Shown here one piece after another: positions 8,569 to 19,027 of a DNA stretch of 64,000 nt. Positions within the stretch are counted from its first letter, which is position 1. Each line of letters starts with the position of its first letter. Made by a program: the position numbers and the translations under genes. Below the pieces are notes generated by a model. That model made no database searches, was not told the DNA's origin, and worked only from the letters and a program-made list of their open reading frames with translations. Source of the DNA: Marinobacter sp. (lineage in GTDB: Bacteria; Pseudomonadota; Gammaproteobacteria; Pseudomonadales; Oleiphilaceae); assembly GCF_048266785.1 (NCBI RefSeq), contig NZ_JBLWYX010000009.1, forward strand, positions 52,325 through 116,324, read 5' to 3'.

Positions 8569-9945
8569 GTGAGCATTTCTCGCGGACAACAAATTGCAGA
8601 CAGCCTGATTCAGCAAATTGAGTCTGGCCGGTTACTTCCAGGTGCCCGTTTGCCTCCCATACGTGTAGCGGCCGAAGGTCATGGGGTTTCCAAGAATACC
8701 GTTACCGATGCCTACGACCGGTTGGTTGCAACCGGCTACATTCACCCTCGTCGCGGTTCCGGGTTCTATGTACAGTCGGCGAGCTTTGCCCCGTCCATTT
8801 CCCGTTCCGAACATGTGATCGAGGCAGTAGATGTGGTGTCTTTATTGCGGGAACAACTCAACCAGCACTACGAAGTGCGTGCCGGCGATGGGCGGCTGCC
8901 CGCCACCTGGATGGAAAGCTCCGAAATTGGCAGGTATCTGAAGCGCACTTCCAACGCCACCGATTATTCTGATGATTTTGAATATGGTCGGCCACAGGGC
9001 CTTGAGGTACTGCGGGAGGATGTGGCCCGGGCTTTGAACGACCGATCGATCAACACCAGCCCGGACCAGGTGTTGATGACCTTTGGCGCAAATCATGCTC
9101 TGGACCTGATTGTTCGGCATTTTGTGCAGGCGGGCGATACGGTTCTCGTCGAAACACCGGGCTACTACCCGATGTTCAGCAAACTGAAGCTCCAAAAAGC
9201 GAAAGTTGTGGGCGTAAACCGGCAATCGGACGGACCGGATCTGGACATGCTGGAAGAGAAAATCCGTGCCCACAGGCCCAAGTTGTTTTTCGTACAGCCA
9301 ATGGCCCATAACCCGACCGGGACGTCCATGTCGCTGCAAAAGATGCACCGGTTGCTTACTTTGGCAGAAAAGTACGACCTGGTGATCATCGAAGATGACC
9401 CTTTCGCTGACATTCTGCCGAAAGCGACACCACACCTTGCGTCACTGGACGCACTCAACCGGGTTATCTACGTGGGTACGTTTTCAAAAACCCTGTCAGC
9501 GAGCTTGCGTTGTGGCTATATCGCGGCGAGTCCGGAACTTATCGCGTCGCTGACAGATATCAAAATGCTGACGGTAGTAAGCAGTTCGGGTATTACCGAG
9601 CGACTGGTTCATGAAATGATTGTTCGCGGGCGTTATCGCCGACACTTGAAACGTCTCAGAGACAGGGTTGTCAATGCCAGTATTGACGCCGTATCTGCCC
9701 TGCACGGGATAGGGCTTGACCGGGTGGAAAGCCCTACCGGAGGCTATTACATCTGGTGCCCGCTGCCCGAGGGTGTCGATTCCATGGAACTGACCGTTCA
9801 GGCTGCGCGGCAAGGCATCTTCCTTGCGCCGAGCCGGCTATTCGAGCTGACCAGCAGCGCAGGAAACGAAGCGCTGCGGGTCAATATTGCCCACGCCAAT
9901 AATCATAAGTTCCTGAACTTCATGAAAGGCGCACTGGGTATTTAA
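8569..9945 (+). CDS. MocR/GabR family regulator (GntR wHTH plus PLP aminotransferase-like domain)
   Basis: PGARLPPIR, VSKNTVTDAYDRL and RRGSGFYV wHTH; HNPTG, IIEDD and TFSKTL (PLP Lys). Probable start is GTG at 8569, in frame with ORF 8512. Confidence 0.92.
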   Translation: MSISRGQQIADSLIQQIESGRLLPGARLPPIRVAAEGHGVSKNTVTDAYDRLVATGYIHPRRGSGFYVQSASFAPSISRSEHVIEAVDVVSLLREQLNQHYEVRAGDGRLPATWMESSEIGRYLKRTSNATDYSDDFEYGRPQGLEVLREDVARALNDRSINTSPDQVLMTFGANHALDLIVRHFVQAGDTVLVETPGYYPMFSKLKLQKAKVVGVNRQSDGPDLDMLEEKIRAHRPKLFFVQPMAHNPTGTSMSLQKMHRLLTLAEKYDLVIIEDDPFADILPKATPHLASLDALNRVIYVGTFSKTLSASLRCGYIAASPELIASLTDIKMLTVVSSSGITERLVHEMIVRGRYRRHLKRLRDRVVNASIDAVSALHGIGLDRVESPTGGYYIWCPLPEGVDSMELTVQAARQGIFLAPSRLFELTSSAGNEALRVNIAHANNHKFLNFMKGALGI

Positions 9946-9951
9946 TATGGA

Positions 9952-10569
9952 TCAGGTTGTTTCATTAGCCTTGATGATTTTGGCCTGATGTTCCTCAACC
10001 AGTTCTTCCAGGCTCATGTACTCGCACTCTTTAGTAGCGATAAAGCTGTCTGCGGAGTCAATCAATATGTTGTCATCCCTCATGAACCTGCGACCGAGTA
10101 GCACTGGGTAGGAAAAGTTGCCGCGATCTGTCAATGAGAACTGGGTTTTGTGGCTGGTGCCGGAAATGCAGAAATCCATGATCACTACGTAGCGTCTCTG
10201 TGATGGCGCACCTTTGCGCTTTATGAGGACAGTGCGCTCTACCGGCCGCTCAAGCTCAAGAATGATTTCTTCATGGTCAATGTCGCCTTCCGACGGTTGG
10301 TCCTTGTGATCCGCCAGCGGAATCTGGAACTTCACCCATTTCTGGTCATCCTTCTTGAATCCCTCCACGTTAACGGCGTGCAGAGATGAGGTTTTTGCGC
10401 CGGTGTCCAATCGCGCTTTAAGCCTCAGGCCCGTATCGTTCATCACAACCCACTCTACGAAGCCGAGCGTCTCGGGAACCGAGGCCTGGTTTTCTGGCGC
10501 TGTTTCTGCCAATGCTGCTGTTGGGAAAATGAGCGCCGTAGCCAGTGAAAAAGGGATCAGAAACTTCAT
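9952..10569 (-). CDS. Secreted retropepsin-like aspartic peptidase ('ATP-dependent zinc protease'/RimK-associated family)
   Basis: Signal peptide; KARLDTGAKTSSL, FSLTDR, YPVLLGRRF. Confidence 0.85.
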   Translation of the reverse strand: MKFLIPFSLATALIFPTAALAETAPENQASVPETLGFVEWVVMNDTGLRLKARLDTGAKTSSLHAVNVEGFKKDDQKWVKFQIPLADHKDQPSEGDIDHEEIILELERPVERTVLIKRKGAPSQRRYVVIMDFCISGTSHKTQFSLTDRGNFSYPVLLGRRFMRDDNILIDSADSFIATKECEYMSLEELVEEHQAKIIKANETT

Positions 10570-11141
10570 TCAATTCCTCCTGCAAATTCCTGTAAATCAG
10601 GGAAAAATGATAAAAAATGTGCTTCAAGCTCGGAACGCAATGGGCGTATTTCGTGAATAATTCCGGCAAACGAATTCTGGAACCGAATGCGCGCTGCGAC
10701 CCTGTCCAGCGCATAACCGATGTTGTTGAGATCGCGGTAGGATCCAAACCAATCGTGAGAAACCATGTGTCGTGTGGTTCTGCTCATATCAGGCGTCATT
10801 AATGCTTCGTTGTCCTGCAGCTCCGAATAGACCCTGGTGATAAACGTGCTTTGGTCGGCATCGGTAAATTCGGTCCAGTGCTGGAGAAGAAAATGGTCGT
10901 ACAAGACATCCAGCGCAACGCCCGCGAACTTACGGCGTTGGCCTGAGAATAGCCGTTTGCTGGCCAGAACATCCGGATGCTTGTCGGTGTAACTGTCTAC
11001 CGCCAGATGGTGGCGAACGCCCAGCCTTACGGAATATGGAAGTGCTGCGAGATCCACGCCACGGGTAAAATCGCCCAGAAGGCTACCGACTCGTGCCTCG
11101 GGCGAGTCAGGAGCAAGAAACAGATGGGCAAGATGATTCAA
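10566..11141 (-). CDS. acpH: Acyl carrier protein phosphodiesterase
   Basis: MNHLAHLFL, GSLLGDF, HLAVDSYTD, LDVLYDHFL; TTG start. Confidence 0.9.
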   Translation of the reverse strand: MNHLAHLFLAPDSPEARVGSLLGDFTRGVDLAALPYSVRLGVRHHLAVDSYTDKHPDVLASKRLFSGQRRKFAGVALDVLYDHFLLQHWTEFTDADQSTFITRVYSELQDNEALMTPDMSRTTRHMVSHDWFGSYRDLNNIGYALDRVAARIRFQNSFAGIIHEIRPLRSELEAHFLSFFPDLQEFAGGIE

Positions 11142-11355
11142 CGTAGAGTTCCCGGGTCGGTCAATTTGTTTGCTATGAGTTACTGAGATTGCATTAATCT
11201 GTATCGCTTTTCCACATTCAGAACCGTGATTACGCCTTTACTGACGGTGTTTTAATGCCTGTGTAATATAGCGGCAAGCCACTTGTAACCTTGCGGTTGG
11301 GGGTCCCCACAGGTATTCTGACGCCCTCTCTCGGTTCAGCTAGCTCGAGCATTCA

Positions 11356-12807
11356 TTGAGAAACCTTTATCCAGTTATCTTTATTGTAAGCATCATGTTT
11401 GTGCTGTTAAGCATATTCATGACGCTACCGATATTTCTCCTGCTTGGCTCGGAAGCGCCGAATACTGTGTCGTTTGTGGAGTCCGCTGCGATTGTTTTCG
11501 GCATTGGTGTGTTTGGTATTGTTTCCACCTACCGGAAACCCAGGGATTTGAAACCGCGCTACATGTTCGTGCTCACGGTGTCCTCCTGGTTCATTATCTC
11601 CCTGCTATCCGCACTTCCTTTTTACCTTAGCGACCATGGCATTTCTGCTGCGGATGCGTTTTTTGAGGGTGCGTCAGGCATAACAACCACAGGTGCGACG
11701 GTATTCAGTGGCCTGGATACCATGGACAGAGATTTACTCCTCTGGCGTTCTATACTGCAGTGGATCGGCGGGATCGGGATAATCGGTATGTTCGTAGCCG
11801 TGCTGCCGTTCCTGCGAGTTGGTGGTATGCGGCTATTCGCCACAGAATCATCGGAATGGACAGATAAAGCCCTCCCCAGAATGAAAACCCTGAGCCGCGG
11901 CCTGCTCGTTGTGTACGTGTTTTTCTCCGTCACAGCAGTAGTAACTTACTGGTTTTCGGGAATGACACTGTTTGATGCGTTCAATCACGGCTTGACCAGT
12001 ATCGCCACCGGCGGTTTCTCAACCTCTGATCAGAGCATGGGCAAGTTCAATGATCTGATCCTGGCGGAAGCTTCGTTTTTCATGATGATCGGCAGCTTGC
12101 CGTTCTTTCTCTTTGTACGCGAACTCCACGGCCAGCGTGGGGTGTTATTCAGAGACCAGCAAGTAAGACTGTTTTTAACCATCCTGCTTGTCATACCTGC
12201 GCTGCTCACGCTGTACCGCTGGGCTGTGTCCCCTGTGCCTTTTGACCCGGCCCATAACTACGTAGCCACCTTGTTTAATGTTACATCTGTTGTAACGACT
12301 ACTGGTTACGCCTCTGAGGATTATTCAGCCTGGGGGCCGTTGACGTTCGTGTTGTTTTTCTTCCTTATGTTTATCGGTGGGTGTTCCGGATCAACCTCCG
12401 GCGGCATGAAGATTTTCCGGTTCCAGTTGTCCCTGATCATACTTCGCGAGCAAATGATCCGGTTGCTGCACCCACGAGCCGTGTTAACCCGGAACTACAA
12501 TGGCCGTGCAGTCAGTGACGATATTATCGCGTCCATGATTGCTTATACCTTTATCTTCCTGCTCTGCCTGCTGTTAATTACTGTATCGCTTGCCGCCATG
12601 CAACTGGACTTCGTCACCTCTTTGTCCGGTGCGCTTACCGCGTTGACCAACGTTGGGCCAGGGTTGGGTGACATCATCGGGCCGGCTGGAAACTTCGGCC
12701 CCCTGCCCGACCCTGCCAAATGGATTCTGGCGGTGGGCATGTTGATGGGGCGTTTGGAGATTCTGAGCGTGGTGATCGTACTCTCTCCGGCATTCTGGCG
12801 CAGCTGA
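11356..12807 (+). CDS. trkH: Trk system potassium uptake membrane protein
   Basis: FEGASGITTTGAT, QWIGGIG, IATGGFS, TTTGY, GGCSGSTSGG, LTNVGPG, GRLE. Confidence 0.95.
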   Translation: MRNLYPVIFIVSIMFVLLSIFMTLPIFLLLGSEAPNTVSFVESAAIVFGIGVFGIVSTYRKPRDLKPRYMFVLTVSSWFIISLLSALPFYLSDHGISAADAFFEGASGITTTGATVFSGLDTMDRDLLLWRSILQWIGGIGIIGMFVAVLPFLRVGGMRLFATESSEWTDKALPRMKTLSRGLLVVYVFFSVTAVVTYWFSGMTLFDAFNHGLTSIATGGFSTSDQSMGKFNDLILAEASFFMMIGSLPFFLFVRELHGQRGVLFRDQQVRLFLTILLVIPALLTLYRWAVSPVPFDPAHNYVATLFNVTSVVTTTGYASEDYSAWGPLTFVLFFFLMFIGGCSGSTSGGMKIFRFQLSLIILREQMIRLLHPRAVLTRNYNGRAVSDDIIASMIAYTFIFLLCLLLITVSLAAMQLDFVTSLSGALTALTNVGPGLGDIIGPAGNFGPLPDPAKWILAVGMLMGRLEILSVVIVLSPAFWRS

Positions 12808-12823
12808 ACGCCGCAAATGCCCC

Positions 12824-14176
12824 CTATTGGCCGGCCTGAATAGAGGCGATGGAATCAACCACATGACGTGCTGCCGAATTGATCTTTGCGACGATTGATT
12901 TAACGCTGCTAACCTGCCCTTGCCCTTCTTTGGCCACATCAGCGACTTCTTCAATTCGCCAAAGCACCTCAGTCGACAGTTTAAGATTGTCGTGAATCAC
13001 CGTTTCGATCTCAGAGGTTGCTTCACCGGTACGGCTGGCAAGTTGTCGTACCTCATCAGCGACAACTGCGAAACCGCGTCCCTGTTCGCCAGCGCGGGCC
13101 GCCTCTATGGCAGCGTTCAGCGCGAGAAGATTCGTTTGTTTGGCGATACTGGTGATTGTTCCCACAATTCGCTCGATATTCTGGGATTGGTCGTTTAACT
13201 GCTCGATGACCTGTCGGGCATGTGTGACTCTTTCCCGGATCTCCTCCGATGTGGCCATTGACTTGGCGAGAGAAGCTTCGACTTCCTCAACGCTCCTTGC
13301 TGTTTCCTGAGCCGTTGAGTAGGCAACATCAGCTGCTTCAGTGGTGCGCTCGCTTTGTTTAATACGATGGGTGATATCGCTGGCGAACTTGATGATCTTG
13401 AGCGTTTTCCCGTGTTCATCAATAATCGGGTTATAGGATGCTTCTAGCCAGATAACGGTGCCATCGGCGGCTATGCGTTTGAACTGACCGGACTTGAAAT
13501 AGCCGTTCGCCAGATCTGACCAAAAGGTTGGATTGTCCGCATAGAATTCGCCCGGGCAAAGCATTTTGTGATGTTTACCTTTCAGGTCTTTAAGGCGATA
13601 GCCCACCGCGTCCAGGAAATTATCGTTGGCGGATAGAATGAAACCATCAGGACTGAATTCAATGACCGCCATGGATCGACTTATCGCATTAGACACGGCG
13701 TACTGGTCGGTAATGGTTTCATGCTCTTTGGTAACATCTGACGCAATTTTCAGAATTTTGAAAACCCGACCGTCAGCATCCTTGACGGGAAAATAGGTCG
13801 CTTCCAGCCAGATTTTGGATCCGTCTTTAGCAATTCTGGAGAAATGACCTCTATGGCTTTTGCCACCCCGGAGCTGGCTCCAGAAGTTGAGGTACTCATT
13901 ACTCTTGCGGTAACTGGCTTCGCAAAATAAGCGGTGATGCTTCCCCTCGATCTCAGAAGCATCGTAGCCGATGGTTTCAAGAAATCGACCGTTGGCTGCC
14001 AGAATTAGACCTTCAGGTGTAAACTCAATGACAGCGAGTGATTCATTGATAGCATTGAGTGTCGAGTTCAATTCTACGTTCTGCTTTCGGTACAGCTCGA
14101 CTTCTTGCTTGTACTTGCGAAAAATCATTACATATTTGCCTTGTGGACGTTGATGTTTTGGTGAAAAAACAGTCAC
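12824..14176 (-). CDS. Soluble double-PAS methyl-accepting chemotaxis protein (BdlA-like)
   Basis: Two PAS/PAC repeats (AVIEFxPxG, WLEAxY.P), no [33 protein letters not shown]; start possibly 14128. Confidence 0.9.
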   Translation of the reverse strand: MTVFSPKHQRPQGKYVMIFRKYKQEVELYRKQNVELNSTLNAINESLAVIEFTPEGLILAANGRFLETIGYDASEIEGKHHRLFCEASYRKSNEYLNFWSQLRGGKSHRGHFSRIAKDGSKIWLEATYFPVKDADGRVFKILKIASDVTKEHETITDQYAVSNAISRSMAVIEFSPDGFILSANDNFLDAVGYRLKDLKGKHHKMLCPGEFYADNPTFWSDLANGYFKSGQFKRIAADGTVIWLEASYNPIIDEHGKTLKIIKFASDITHRIKQSERTTEAADVAYSTAQETARSVEEVEASLAKSMATSEEIRERVTHARQVIEQLNDQSQNIERIVGTITSIAKQTNLLALNAAIEAARAGEQGRGFAVVADEVRQLASRTGEATSEIETVIHDNLKLSTEVLWRIEEVADVAKEGQGQVSSVKSIVAKINSAARHVVDSIASIQAGQ

Positions 14177-14289
14177 TCGGCAAATATACGATCAGTGCAT
14201 ACCGTCGGATTCAGAAAAATAGTCAAAAAATGTTAAAAATTCTCTTTGGATCAATCTAAACTATCGAGCCTGGAGTCTTATCAGCGTGT

Positions 14290-14949
14290 TTACAGGGCGT
14301 GCTTTCGGATGAAACGCCCGATTTCCTGAACTTCTTCAAGGCACACGCTGTGCTCCATGGGGAACGTCATATAAGCCGGCTCGAAGCCCATTTCCTTTAA
14401 CGTCTCCACACTACGAACACCAAGCGCCTCCGGCACCATCGGATCAAACGTTCCGTGATAGATATTAATTGGGATGCCTGCGTTTGCTTTCGAAGGCTGC
14501 ACCGTTTTCGCAGTGGCGAAGTAGGTTGAAAGCGCCAGAATCCCGGCGAGCCGTTTCGGGTAGGTCAGGCCGATTTCAAAAGCAACCGCCCCACCCTGTG
14601 AGAACCCGGCAATAACGATGTTTTCGGAAGGAATGCCGCGTTCGATTTCCCGGTCAATCAGTTTTCCAATAGCGCGGGCAGAATCCATCAACTGCTCGGT
14701 GTCCACAATCCGGTCAATGTCCATCGCTTTGATGTCATACCAGGCTGGCATGGTCATACCGCCATTGATGGTAACCGGCAGGTTAGGGGCGTGCGGAAAT
14801 ATAAAGCGTACGGCAGCGTCGTCTGGTAAACCGAGCTCCGGAACGACAGGTTCAAAATCGTGCCCACTGGCCCCGAGACCGTGCAGCCAGATTACGGCGG
14901 CTGTCGGGTTGGCTCCTGTTTCCAGCTCAATGTATTTAAGATCCTGCAC
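14290..14949 (-). CDS. Carboxylesterase/phospholipase (YpfH-like)
   Basis: WLHGLGA, PAWYDI, GFSQGG, HGTFD, MEHSV. Confidence 0.9.
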   Translation of the reverse strand: MQDLKYIELETGANPTAAVIWLHGLGASGHDFEPVVPELGLPDDAAVRFIFPHAPNLPVTINGGMTMPAWYDIKAMDIDRIVDTEQLMDSARAIGKLIDREIERGIPSENIVIAGFSQGGAVAFEIGLTYPKRLAGILALSTYFATAKTVQPSKANAGIPINIYHGTFDPMVPEALGVRSVETLKEMGFEPAYMTFPMEHSVCLEEVQEIGRFIRKHAL

Positions 14950-14984
14950 GCGATACCTCTTTTTTGTGAAAATGATTGTCCGGA

Positions 14985-16193
14985 TTAATCCGGAGTGTTT
15001 TGCCTGGTGTTTGCATCCAGCGCGGTCTGAACCGGGTTGGCGTACATGTCCAATAGGTAGGGGCGAATAGCAGGATCGCCAGCCTCCAGCCTTTGTTCCA
15101 TTTCCAGGCGGGCGATCTGTATGTCTTCCGCTGACCAGTTTCCAGCAGTCACTACGGAGTCGCGGATCGCTTCAAGGCCGTTAACCTCCTGCGCAGAGTC
15201 GTGCGCAAAAAGGAGCCCCCGTTTTTCATAAGCTATGAGATTGGATGCGTGCAGGTGGTAATTGGCGTGCACTTCCCTGTCGATCCGCGTTGCAAGCTCT
15301 TTTGCGTTTTCGGGAGCATCGGTAATGGGGGCGCCGAAGTGCACATGCACATGGCCTTTGAAGCCCGTGAGGCCTTTCATTATCTGTTCAGTGTCTTCAC
15401 CTTCTGCTTTCTTGTAGCTGCCAGCACGGGCCTTGGTTTCCAGCTCACGGGCTTTGTCACCGTCGCACGGGTCGTACTCGTAGGATATGGAAACCGGAAC
15501 AATGCGGAGCTTGTTCATTGCTTCAGCAAAGCTAAGACCGCTTTTTTTGCAGCTCATGTAAAACATCTTGATGATCGCGGGATCGGTGAAATCCAGGCCA
15601 TCTTTGGCGCGCCCCTCACGCTGAGCGATCCAGATATTTTCATTTTTGGCAACGCTGTGATTGATAAAGCCCGAAAGCGTAATGTAGGCGTCACGCATCT
15701 CACGAGGGCTGGTCATGTTGCGACGAACAATAAAGCTCTTGTTCAGGCGCATCATTTCAGCAAACACCCGATTGGCAAGCAGGTTGTCGCCAATGGCTAT
15801 TCTTGTAGTGCGCAAGTTGTTTCGAAACAACAGGTAATTGACCACCATGGGATCAAATACAATGTCCCGGTGATTAGATATAAACAGGTAAGCGCCCTGC
15901 TTGCTGAGGTTTTCTACGCCGCTTGTTGTAACGCGCGTGGTGGTGCTTTCAATCAGATCACCAATGTACCCGGAGAGCCCGGCCTGCAGGTCGTCCACCT
16001 GTGTGAAGTGGCCAAAGTGGCCAGAAAGCCAGCGGCGGGTGTAAAAACGCAAGAGTGCTGGCGCCCAGCGTGCCAGTGTCGGCGACTTGAAGCGCCCCAC
16101 CATGTCCAGAAACTCCTGATCGTTGAGCAACCGTTGAATTGCGGGTCCGGTTTCTTCGTCCGAATAGGGACGGATGGTGTCAAATTCCTGCAT
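14985..16193 (-). CDS. Glycerolipid acyltransferase (PlsC/GPAT-like)
   Basis: FISNHRDIVFD, IAIGDNL, WIAQREGRAKDG, IVPVSISYEYDP. Confidence 0.85.
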   Translation of the reverse strand: MQEFDTIRPYSDEETGPAIQRLLNDQEFLDMVGRFKSPTLARWAPALLRFYTRRWLSGHFGHFTQVDDLQAGLSGYIGDLIESTTTRVTTSGVENLSKQGAYLFISNHRDIVFDPMVVNYLLFRNNLRTTRIAIGDNLLANRVFAEMMRLNKSFIVRRNMTSPREMRDAYITLSGFINHSVAKNENIWIAQREGRAKDGLDFTDPAIIKMFYMSCKKSGLSFAEAMNKLRIVPVSISYEYDPCDGDKARELETKARAGSYKKAEGEDTEQIMKGLTGFKGHVHVHFGAPITDAPENAKELATRIDREVHANYHLHASNLIAYEKRGLLFAHDSAQEVNGLEAIRDSVVTAGNWSAEDIQIARLEMEQRLEAGDPAIRPYLLDMYANPVQTALDANTRQNTPD

Positions 16194-16380
16194 GGATACC
16201 CTGTTCTTGTAAGTAACGAATATGATGAGCCACGAAGCGGTGGCCTAAAGGCGCAATATTGTATCGTTTCTTCCCCCGCTTTGCCTCCCAAAAGACAGCC
16301 TGTGCGGCCATTCCTTGCGTTGAATCTGGTATGATCCGCTACCAGATTTCACCTCAGCTTAGCGATTAACCGGTTAATCT

Positions 16381-18249
16381 ATGTATCCCGACCAGGACTT
16401 TGAACAACTTTCTGCTCACCGACCAACCACCTCAGGCAGAAGCCCCGAGCAGGTTTTGCATGAGGTGTTCGGGTATGAATCCTTTCGACCGCTGCAGGGG
16501 GAGATTATCCACGAGGTAGCCTCCGGCGGTGATGCGCTGGTGCTGATGCCCACTGGCGGCGGTAAATCGCTTTGCTATCAGGTTCCTGCGCTCGTTCGCT
16601 CGGGCACGGCCATCGTAATTTCCCCATTGATTGCACTGATGCAGGACCAGGTTGCGGCGCTCCGGGAGCTGGGTGTCCGCGCTGCGTTTCTGAACTCGAC
16701 CATGGATTTTGAGCAGGCCCGCGCGACCGAGTATGCCCTGAGTACAGGCGAACTCGACCTCTTGTATTGCGCGCCAGAGCGGTTGATTCAGCCTCGCACT
16801 CTCGAGCTGCTGCACGATGCTTCCATCTCGCTGTTTGCTATTGACGAGGCCCACTGTGTTTCCCAGTGGGGGCATGATTTCCGTTCAGATTATTTGCAAC
16901 TGGCAGTGCTGGCTAACGAATTCCCGTCGATTCCCCGAATTGCACTGACGGCCACTGCCGACGAGCGCACCCGCAAGGAGATCGCCGAAAGGCTTTCGCT
17001 CACAGAAGCACGGCACTTTATAAGTGGTTTTGACCGCCCGAATATTCAGTACCGTATTGCACCAAAGACCAATGCAAACAAACAGTTGTTAGACTTTATT
17101 AAAGCTGAGCACGAAGGCGACTGCGGCATCGTATATTGCCTGTCCCGCAACAAGGTTGATGCCACAGCAAAGATGCTGGCACAGAAAGGCTATACCGCAC
17201 TGCCCTATCACGCTGGGCTGCCGTCCAACGATCGCGCTCACAACCAGGAGCGTTTTCTTCGGCAAGACGGAGTGATTATAGTTGCGACTATTGCTTTTGG
17301 CATGGGCATTGATAAACCCGATGTGCGTTTTGTGGCGCATCTGGATCTGCCTAAAAGCCTGGAAGCCTATTACCAGGAAACCGGCCGTGCTGGCCGTGAC
17401 GGCAAACCTTCCACCGCGTGGATGGTTTATGGCCTGCAGGACGTCATCAAGCTGCGGCAGATGCTGGAGGCATCCCAGGGGAACGATCATTTCAAGCGGG
17501 TAGAACGGCAGAAGCTGGACGCCATGCTGGGCTTGTGCGAAGTGACAAAATGCCGCCGCCAGGTTCTGTTGAACTATTTCGGTGACGAGCTTGAGGTTCC
17601 CTGCGGTAACTGCGATACCTGTCTGAATCCGCCTGAAACCTGGGATGGCACGGTTGCCGTGCAAAAAGCACTGTCCTGTGTGTTTCGTACCGGCCAACGG
17701 TTTGGCGTCACTTACCTGATCGATGTTTTGCGGGGCTCGGAAAACGAGCGGGTTCGGCAATCGGGGCACCATCAGGTTTCGACCTATGGCATTGGGATAG
17801 AGCTCTCCGTTACCGAATGGAAGTCGGTATTCCGGCAACTGGTGGCAAATGGCTACCTGCGAGCAGACCCTGAAGGCTATGGTGCGTTGCAACTGACCGA
17901 GCAATGCAGGCCATTGCTGAAGGGCGAACATAAGGTTGAACTGCGAAAAGATCCGGTGGTTAAAAAATCAGCAGGCCGGTCGTCAGGTGGTCGAACCGGC
18001 AGTGCGGTCAAAGATCAGGTTACAGACCGCGTTGGTTGGGAGGCGTTGCGGGCTTGTCGTAAGGAGCTTGCAGACAAACAAGGGGTGCCGCCCTACGTAA
18101 TCTTCCACGACACCACTCTGTTCGATATGCTTGAACGCAAGCCGCAAACGCTCGATGAACTTGCTGGCGTAAGCGGCGTGGGCGCTGCCAAGTTGGAGAA
18201 ATACGGGGAGCTTTTCCTCGCTGCCATTGCCCGGCTGAATCAGGCATAA
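16381..18249 (+). CDS. recQ: ATP-dependent DNA helicase RecQ
   Basis: [35 protein letters not shown], Zn-binding CRR..CGNCDTC, winged helix and C-terminal HRDC (VPPYVIFHD). Confidence 0.97.
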   Translation: MYPDQDFEQLSAHRPTTSGRSPEQVLHEVFGYESFRPLQGEIIHEVASGGDALVLMPTGGGKSLCYQVPALVRSGTAIVISPLIALMQDQVAALRELGVRAAFLNSTMDFEQARATEYALSTGELDLLYCAPERLIQPRTLELLHDASISLFAIDEAHCVSQWGHDFRSDYLQLAVLANEFPSIPRIALTATADERTRKEIAERLSLTEARHFISGFDRPNIQYRIAPKTNANKQLLDFIKAEHEGDCGIVYCLSRNKVDATAKMLAQKGYTALPYHAGLPSNDRAHNQERFLRQDGVIIVATIAFGMGIDKPDVRFVAHLDLPKSLEAYYQETGRAGRDGKPSTAWMVYGLQDVIKLRQMLEASQGNDHFKRVERQKLDAMLGLCEVTKCRRQVLLNYFGDELEVPCGNCDTCLNPPETWDGTVAVQKALSCVFRTGQRFGVTYLIDVLRGSENERVRQSGHHQVSTYGIGIELSVTEWKSVFRQLVANGYLRADPEGYGALQLTEQCRPLLKGEHKVELRKDPVVKKSAGRSSGGRTGSAVKDQVTDRVGWEALRACRKELADKQGVPPYVIFHDTTLFDMLERKPQTLDELAGVSGVGAAKLEKYGELFLAAIARLNQA

Positions 18250-18270
18250 GGGCCTGCCTTCTGTCATATT

Positions 18271-18828
18271 CTACACTGCAGGCTGAAAACCTTTCTTGCG
18301 AACCCGGTACTGCGCGATGGATGTCGCGACGTGGTTACCCTCCATGTCACGCAACTCCCCCTCCAAAGTGAACTTTGCCCGACCGGTGGCGTCGGCATCT
18401 ACGAGAATTGCAGCAACGTCTTCCGGTGACAGGGAGAACTCCACGGTGACATCGGAATTGGCGGGCTGCAGAAACTGAAGGGTCATTTCCTTCAGGATCG
18501 GCGTGTACGCCGGGCCCAGATCAAACAGTGCTAACACCCCTCCGGGAATTTCCGCCACGAGAAAATATGCACCTGCATACAGGCTGCCAAAATGATTCTT
18601 GTTGCCTTTGAGCCGAATGCGGGCGCGTACGTAGCCGGGACGAACTTCCTCAACGCTGAACCGGTTTCGGGGTGCGAACGGGATAGACAGCCCTATGATG
18701 CGGTTGACAGCCGCATAGCCGCCCATTTTTTTTAACCACTCCACCGGTTGTGCCAGTGTCGCCTTGGGGTCAGTGGATGAAACCCACTGCCCGGTTGCCC
18801 CGATAATGCGGTCAATTAACGCCATCAC
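18271..18828 (-). CDS. Hot-dog fold thioesterase-like protein (DUF4442/PaaI-like)
   Basis: NKNHFGSLYAGA, ILKEMTLQFLQPA. Confidence 0.75.
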   Translation of the reverse strand: MMALIDRIIGATGQWVSSTDPKATLAQPVEWLKKMGGYAAVNRIIGLSIPFAPRNRFSVEEVRPGYVRARIRLKGNKNHFGSLYAGAYFLVAEIPGGVLALFDLGPAYTPILKEMTLQFLQPANSDVTVEFSLSPEDVAAILVDADATGRAKFTLEGELRDMEGNHVATSIAQYRVRKKGFQPAV

Positions 18829-19027
18829 TCCGCTCCTGGATTTTCGTAGAGCCGGATCATTACAACGCCCGGCCCATATCGCAACACTCTCTTACAATAT
18901 TTTTGAAGGATTAACATTCATGGGATTCATTCTGATCTAAAGTAATAGGGTTTTCGAATGAACAGGCAGCAATGGTGCTTTGGAATAGAGAGCGATGACC
19001 ATGCAGTCATGCTGACAGGCTGCAAGA

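Noticed and set aside
15201-16334. 377-aa plus-strand ORF, and similar long ORFs at 17089-17931, 20128-20883, 22549-23463, 48329-49078 and 50542-51321
   Set aside because: Antisense shadows of well-supported genes, with no motifs; expected from codon bias.
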